Below are positions 59,422-64,000 of a DNA stretch of 64,000 bases, piece by piece. The first letter of the stretch is position 1. Every line of letters starts with the position of its first letter. Both the position numbers and the translations under genes were made by a program. The notes under the pieces are model-generated. The model was not told the DNA's origin. It worked only from the letters and a program-made list of their open reading frames with translations, and made no database searches. Source of the DNA: Bacteroidia bacterium (GTDB lineage Bacteria > Bacteroidota > Ignavibacteria > SZUA-365); the NCBI GenBank assembly GCA_027493955.1, contig JAOSJT010000001.1, positions 3,960,586-4,024,585 of the forward strand, written 5' to 3'.

Positions 59422-61476
59422 ATGATTACTCCCCAGCTCCTTGCACCGCACAGCATTGTCGTCGTGGGAGCATCGAACGACATTCACAAACCCGGCGGGA
59501 AGGTACTGAAAAACATCATCGACGGAGGTTTCGCGGGCAACCTGTACGTGGTGAATCCGAAAGAGGCGGAAGTTCAAGGCATCAGGAGTTTTCAGCACCC
59601 CGGGGATCTGCCGCAGGTCGATCTCGCCGTTATCGCCATCGCCGCGAAATTCACACTCGCCACGGTCGAGACCTTGGCAAATGAAAAAGGGACAAAAGCA
59701 TTTGTTATTCTCTCCGCCGGCTTCAGCGAGGAAGGCGACGAGGGCCGTGCGCTCGAACGCGCCATCGTGGACGTCGTCACCAGGGCCGGCGCCTCACTGA
59801 TCGGTCCCAATTGCGTCGGGATTCTTACTCCCGCGCATCACAGCATTTTTACCGAACCCATCCCGATGCTGGATGCGAAGGGCGTGGATTTCATCACCGG
59901 ATCCGGCGCCACTGCATGCTTCATTCTCGAAGCGGGGATCCCGAAAGGACTGACGTTCGCAAGCGTATTCTCCGTCGGCAACAGCGCTCAACTCGGCGTG
60001 GAAGAGATTCTCGCGTATTTGGACGAAAGCTTCGATCCCGCGACCAGTTCCCGCGTCAAAATGCTCTACGTCGAAACCATCGCCAAACCGCAGAAGCTGC
60101 TGCGGCACGCACGCTCCCTCATTGCCAAAGGCTGCCGTATCGCCGCGATCAAGGCGGGCTCCTCCGAAGCCGGTAGTCGCGCGGCCTCGTCCCACACCGG
60201 CGCGCTTGCCAGTCCGGACGTGGCGGTGGACGCGCTTTTCCGCAAGGCGGGCATTGTCCGTTGCTACGGTCGTGAAGACCTCATCGCCGTCGCATCCGTG
60301 TTCATGCACCCGGAACTTCGAGGAAAAAACATCGCCATCATCACTCATGCGGGTGGGCCGGCCGTCATGCTCACGGACGCGCTGTCCAATGGCGGACTGA
60401 ACATCCCGCATATCGAGGGTACCGCCGCGCTCGAGCTGCTCTCGCAACTGTATCCGGGATCTTCCGTCGCCAATCCTATCGACTTCCTCGCCACGGGTAC
60501 CGCCGCGCAACTCGGCACCATCATCGATTACGTGGATCAACGCTTCGACGAGATCGACGCCATGGTGGTTATTTTCGGGACGCCGGGCCTCACGCGCATC
60601 TTCGATGTGTATGAAGTGTTGCATGAAAAAATGCGCAGCTGTCGCAAGCCGATATTCCCTGTCCTCCCGAGCACACTTACCGCGCGCGAAGAAGTTGCGG
60701 ATTTCCTCGCAAAGGGTCACCTGAATTTTCCCGACGAGGTCACACTCGGCAACGCGCTCGCGCGCGTGTATTCCACGCGCAAGCCGACGGAAGAATCACT
60801 CGTTCCTGCTGTCGATCACGCAGCGATACGCGATGTCATTGCATCGTGCGACGACGGCTACATCGCACCCGACGCCATTCAGAGGCTTCTCGATGCGGCG
60901 GGTATTCCTCGCGCGGGCGAAGCGGTGGCAAGTACGGCGGACGGCGCCGCCGCGGCCGCTTCAACGCTCGGTTACCCGGTGGTCATGAAAGTCGTCGGGC
61001 CGGTGCACAAATCCGACGTAGGCGGCGTGGTACTCAATGTGCAGGACGAAGCGCGCGTTCGCACCGAATTCGATCGCATGATGCGCATCCCGGATACCAC
61101 CGCAGTGCTGCTCCAGCCCATGCTGAGTGGTATCGAACTGTTCGCCGGTGCGAAAAAGGAAGGCGGCTTCGGGCATCTCGTCCTCTGCGGACTTGGCGGA
61201 ATTTTCATCGAAGTATTGAAAGACGTGCAGGCCGGTCTCGCGCCATTGAGTTCCGAAGAAGCGCTTGGAATGATCCGGCAGCTCAAGGGCTATAGAATCC
61301 TGCAGGGCGTGCGCGGACAGGCGGGCGTGAACGAAGCAGCCTTCGCGGAAGTGGTCAGCCGGCTTTCCGCATTGCTTGAGGCCGCACCGGAAATCATGGA
61401 ACTCGATCTCAACCCGCTGCTCGGCACGCCGAAGGGTGTCACCGCGGTCGATGCGCGGATACGCATCGAGCGCTGA
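59422..61476 (+). CDS. acetate--CoA ligase (ADP-forming), fused alpha/beta domains
   Basis: 684 aa. N-terminal CoA-binding / succinyl-CoA-synthetase-like domain (SIVVVGAS...GPNCVGI), C-terminal ATP-grasp. Confidence 0.75.
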   Translation: MITPQLLAPHSIVVVGASNDIHKPGGKVLKNIIDGGFAGNLYVVNPKEAEVQGIRSFQHPGDLPQVDLAVIAIAAKFTLATVETLANEKGTKAFVILSAGFSEEGDEGRALERAIVDVVTRAGASLIGPNCVGILTPAHHSIFTEPIPMLDAKGVDFITGSGATACFILEAGIPKGLTFASVFSVGNSAQLGVEEILAYLDESFDPATSSRVKMLYVETIAKPQKLLRHARSLIAKGCRIAAIKAGSSEAGSRAASSHTGALASPDVAVDALFRKAGIVRCYGREDLIAVASVFMHPELRGKNIAIITHAGGPAVMLTDALSNGGLNIPHIEGTAALELLSQLYPGSSVANPIDFLATGTAAQLGTIIDYVDQRFDEIDAMVVIFGTPGLTRIFDVYEVLHEKMRSCRKPIFPVLPSTLTAREEVADFLAKGHLNFPDEVTLGNALARVYSTRKPTEESLVPAVDHAAIRDVIASCDDGYIAPDAIQRLLDAAGIPRAGEAVASTADGAAAAASTLGYPVVMKVVGPVHKSDVGGVVLNVQDEARVRTEFDRMMRIPDTTAVLLQPMLSGIELFAGAKKEGGFGHLVLCGLGGIFIEVLKDVQAGLAPLSSEEALGMIRQLKGYRILQGVRGQAGVNEAAFAEVVSRLSALLEAAPEIMELDLNPLLGTPKGVTAVDARIRIER

Positions 61477-61671
61477 TCCGCCGTGCGCTCGGTCCTGCGG
61501 CGGAGCGTCGGCAGCGTACCATGTGTTGCAGGTATCAGACGGATCGTGCCCGCGTGCCGTACTCAGACGAATCCGCGCGGGGTGGATCCTGCGGGCGGGA
61601 AGGTGCCGCCTCCTTCATTGCGGGTGACACAGGAATAGAATATCCGTATTACTCAGGCATTGGTGACGCGT

Positions 61672-62364
61672 ATGCACAATCGGAGACGCATCGAAGAACT
61701 CAGGGCGCTCCTGACGGCAGAGTTTCCTCTGCGGGAACTCTTCGTTGACACCGGTACGCAACTTTTCACCCTTTTCACCGCAGAGGATATTGAAGCGCTG
61801 ATCAGCAACGTATCGGCGGATGAATTCAACAAAGACGAGCGCCTGCCCTACTGGGCCGAACTCTGGCACAGCGCCGTGGCTCTGGCCGCGGTCCTGAACG
61901 AAGCGCAGATGCTTCCGGACAAGGCGCATGTGATGGAAATAGGCTGCGGTCTCGGATTGCCCGGACTTGTCGCGGCGCAGCGGGGCGCGCAGGTCACCTT
62001 CTCGGATTATGATCGCTTCGCTCTGTGGGCTGCGGAACTGAATCTGCGGAGCAATCTGCCGGGTGTCGAGGCGGAGTTTCTCGAACTGGACTTTCGCCAA
62101 CCGCCGTCGCGGCAGTGGCCTCTGATTCTGGCTGCGGATGTGATCTATGAGAAACGCTTCGTCGAACCCCTCGCGGCATTTCTTGACGCGACGCTGACGC
62201 ACGATGGCCAGGTTTTACTGGCGGAACCCAACCGCCTGATCGCCGTACCGTTTTTCGAGACGCTTACCGCGCGGGGTTTCCGCTACGAGCGCCAGTCGCG
62301 CTTCCCGAATCTGCATGGACGCACCGCCGAGGTAAGCGTGTACACGATACAACGACGGGCGTGA
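61672..62364 (+). CDS. class I SAM-dependent methyltransferase (protein-lysine MTase-like)
   Basis: ORF 61660..62364 (TTG), probable ATG 61672. Motif I VMEIGCGLGLPGL. Confidence 0.6.
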   Translation: MHNRRRIEELRALLTAEFPLRELFVDTGTQLFTLFTAEDIEALISNVSADEFNKDERLPYWAELWHSAVALAAVLNEAQMLPDKAHVMEIGCGLGLPGLVAAQRGAQVTFSDYDRFALWAAELNLRSNLPGVEAEFLELDFRQPPSRQWPLILAADVIYEKRFVEPLAAFLDATLTHDGQVLLAEPNRLIAVPFFETLTARGFRYERQSRFPNLHGRTAEVSVYTIQRRA

Positions 62365-62494
62365 AGCCTGCAAACGGAGGACGTCGTCGGGATTTTCGCG
62401 GCCTTCCCTTGGAGGCACTACGAGACGGCGGGAAGTCTTTGCGGGACGCCGAGACGCTCCGCGCTGGTCGGCACGTCCACGCATGATGCCGCCC

Positions 62495-63310
62495 TTACTG
62501 ATCGGCGAGCCACTCGCGCATGTACTTGCGGCGGAGGGGATCAATCTTCCATCCGTCGCGGCATTTGAGCGCTGTACGGAACGCCGCCGCCGCATCCTGT
62601 TTTCTGTCGGCCGCGATGTAGGTGAGACCCAGCTCGAAATGATGCCGGAGGACGCCAGGGCCCTCGGCGATGGCCGCACGGAAATGCGTTATGGATTTGT
62701 CCAGACTTCCATCAGGCATGCCGCCGAGAAACACATTTGCCAGTTGACGCTCTACCCACCCAACCGTGGCCACCTCGCGATGCCAGGTGCCGTAGATGGT
62801 GTTTGCCATCTGGTTCCGCGGATTGATGCGCAACGCTTCGTCCAATTCGTCGCGGATGCGGTTGGCAAGGCGCACTTTCTCCTTGCCGCCGACAAACATT
62901 CCTATGCTGCCGTAGGCCGCCGCGAGCGATGCGCGCGCGAAGGAATTGCGCTTGTCGTTTCGTACCGCGGCCTCCGCGTAGTCAATGGATTTTCGGTACA
63001 GACGTTCCTTCGCCGCATCGTCCGTCGCGGCATCGCCGTCGTTGATCGTGTAGTAGGAGAGGCGCCAGAGAACCTCGGCGTTGGAAGGATTGCCGTTTCG
63101 CAAGTCCTCGACGATCTGTCGAGCCGCGGAGTACTTTCCCTGATCGAAGTAGTTGTCCGCCTGGGCGAGCTGCTCGCTCAGCGCATCGCGCACGGTGCGC
63201 GAGGCATTGCCGGGCTCGCGCAGAACGGTGGCAAGGACAAGGGCGGTGATGAACAGGCCAGGCAGGAACCATCGCAGGGTCCGGGTGAGAGGTCCAGGGT
63301 GAGATGACAT
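62495..63310 (-). CDS. membrane-anchored tetratricopeptide-repeat protein
   Basis: ORF 62495..63370. Start at MSSHPGP with a TM/signal segment (FLPGLFITALVLATVL). TPR-like repeats. Confidence 0.55.
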   Translation of the reverse strand: MSSHPGPLTRTLRWFLPGLFITALVLATVLREPGNASRTVRDALSEQLAQADNYFDQGKYSAARQIVEDLRNGNPSNAEVLWRLSYYTINDGDAATDDAAKERLYRKSIDYAEAAVRNDKRNSFARASLAAAYGSIGMFVGGKEKVRLANRIRDELDEALRINPRNQMANTIYGTWHREVATVGWVERQLANVFLGGMPDGSLDKSITHFRAAIAEGPGVLRHHFELGLTYIAADRKQDAAAAFRTALKCRDGWKIDPLRRKYMREWLADQ

Positions 63311-63804
63311 ACGCTGTTGGTCTCCTTGTTGCTTTGTCCCGATCAAGCGGTGCCACGGGATAACGGACACTGCTTCATCCGCCGATTAGCGAATGATGCG
63401 CATTTCACATGAGAACAGTGTGACGAGAGCATGAGTTTTGTGTTGAGTCCATTTCGTCCGCTTCTCCCGTTCCTGACTTCGAACGTTCTCTGCATGGACA
63501 AAACGCTGTTGCCTGCAGAAAAAGTGCCTTCATGGCACAAAAAGAAATTTGCACTTTCCGGCTTCGCTGCGAAAGGCAAAATTTCGTCGTTGATCCTGCA
63601 CTACCCTGCCATGATGTCGGAGCGACCCTCGTCCCGTTATGTATCGGATGCAGCGTTGTGTATGTTGCATGACTGTCGCGTTGCGGAGACGGTTGTCGGG
63701 AGGAGAGGACGCTTCCCGCGGAGCGATACCTTGAAGCGCTGGATTTTCCCGAAGAAATATACGGCACATTTTTTGCTGTCATTCTCGTTTTCCTATTTCC
63801 GGTA

Positions 63805-64000
63805 GATGCCCATGTTCACTCGTTTCTTTTCCCTCCTCGCCGTGCTCATGCTCTCCATCGTTACTCCTCAACTTCTTGCGCAGCATCGCGTGAGCGGACG
63901 CGTCAGCGATGCAGTGAGCGGCGAAGCCCTGCAATTCGCCAACATTTGGGTGGAGCAAATCCAGAGCGGCACAACAACGGATAAAGCCGGCCGCTTCGTT
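63805..64000 (+). CDS. TonB-dependent receptor / SusC-like protein, N-terminal fragment (continues beyond window end)
   Basis: MPMFTRFFSLLAVLMLSIVTPQLLAQHRVSGRVSDAVSGEALQFANIWVE...TTTDKAGRF is a signal peptide plus a CarbopepD_reg domain. Confidence 0.55.

Noticed and set aside
58878-59684. 268-aa Arg-rich plus-strand ORF upstream of and overlapping the acetyl-CoA synthetase gene
   Set aside because: Extreme Arg/His/Ser composition typical of an off-frame GC-rich read-through. It overlaps the acs start in another frame.

Overview
High-GC (~58-60%) bacterial chromosomal segment. Many secreted proteins carry Por/T9SS C-terminal sorting domains, and the succinate dehydrogenase has a Bacteroides-type b558 cytochrome, so the source is probably a Bacteroidota/Chlorobi-related (FCB group) organism. 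Recognisable content, in order: a Na+-translocating methylmalonyl-CoA decarboxylase operon (mmdA-D-C-B, minus strand, running off the window start), a flippase-like membrane protein, an OYE flavin oxidoreductase, a 37-bp tandem-repeat array, a radical SAM protein, a carbamoyl-phosphate cluster (argF-arcC-pyrB-rocD plus a cPGS-like P-loop protein), an outer-membrane CarbopepD_reg protein, tRNA-Pro(GGG), a MerR regulator, a PAP2 phosphatase, an M48 peptidase, a run of T9SS cargo genes (two of them interrupted only by in-frame stop codons), flotillin, an aspartate aminotransferase fused to a PEP-carboxykinase-like domain followed by a divergent PckA-family paralog, an ECF sigma / anti-sigma pair (anti-sigma carries a T9SS CTD), a mazEF toxin-antitoxin pair, an AsnB-like amidotransferase, the sdhCAB/frdCAB operon, a 2008-aa T9SS adhesin-like protein, rsmI, ispD, queA, an ADP-forming acetyl-CoA synthetase, a SAM methyltransferase, a TPR protein and the start of a TonB-dependent-receptor-like gene. 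The three things I would look at first are: (1) the AspAT-PEPCK-like fusion plus its PckA paralog; (2) the two adjacent T9SS cargo genes broken only by in-frame nonsense codons, four in total and of all three stop types; (3) the 37-bp palindromic tandem array next to the radical SAM gene. All calls come from reading the sequence and the ORF track by eye; no database search was possible.
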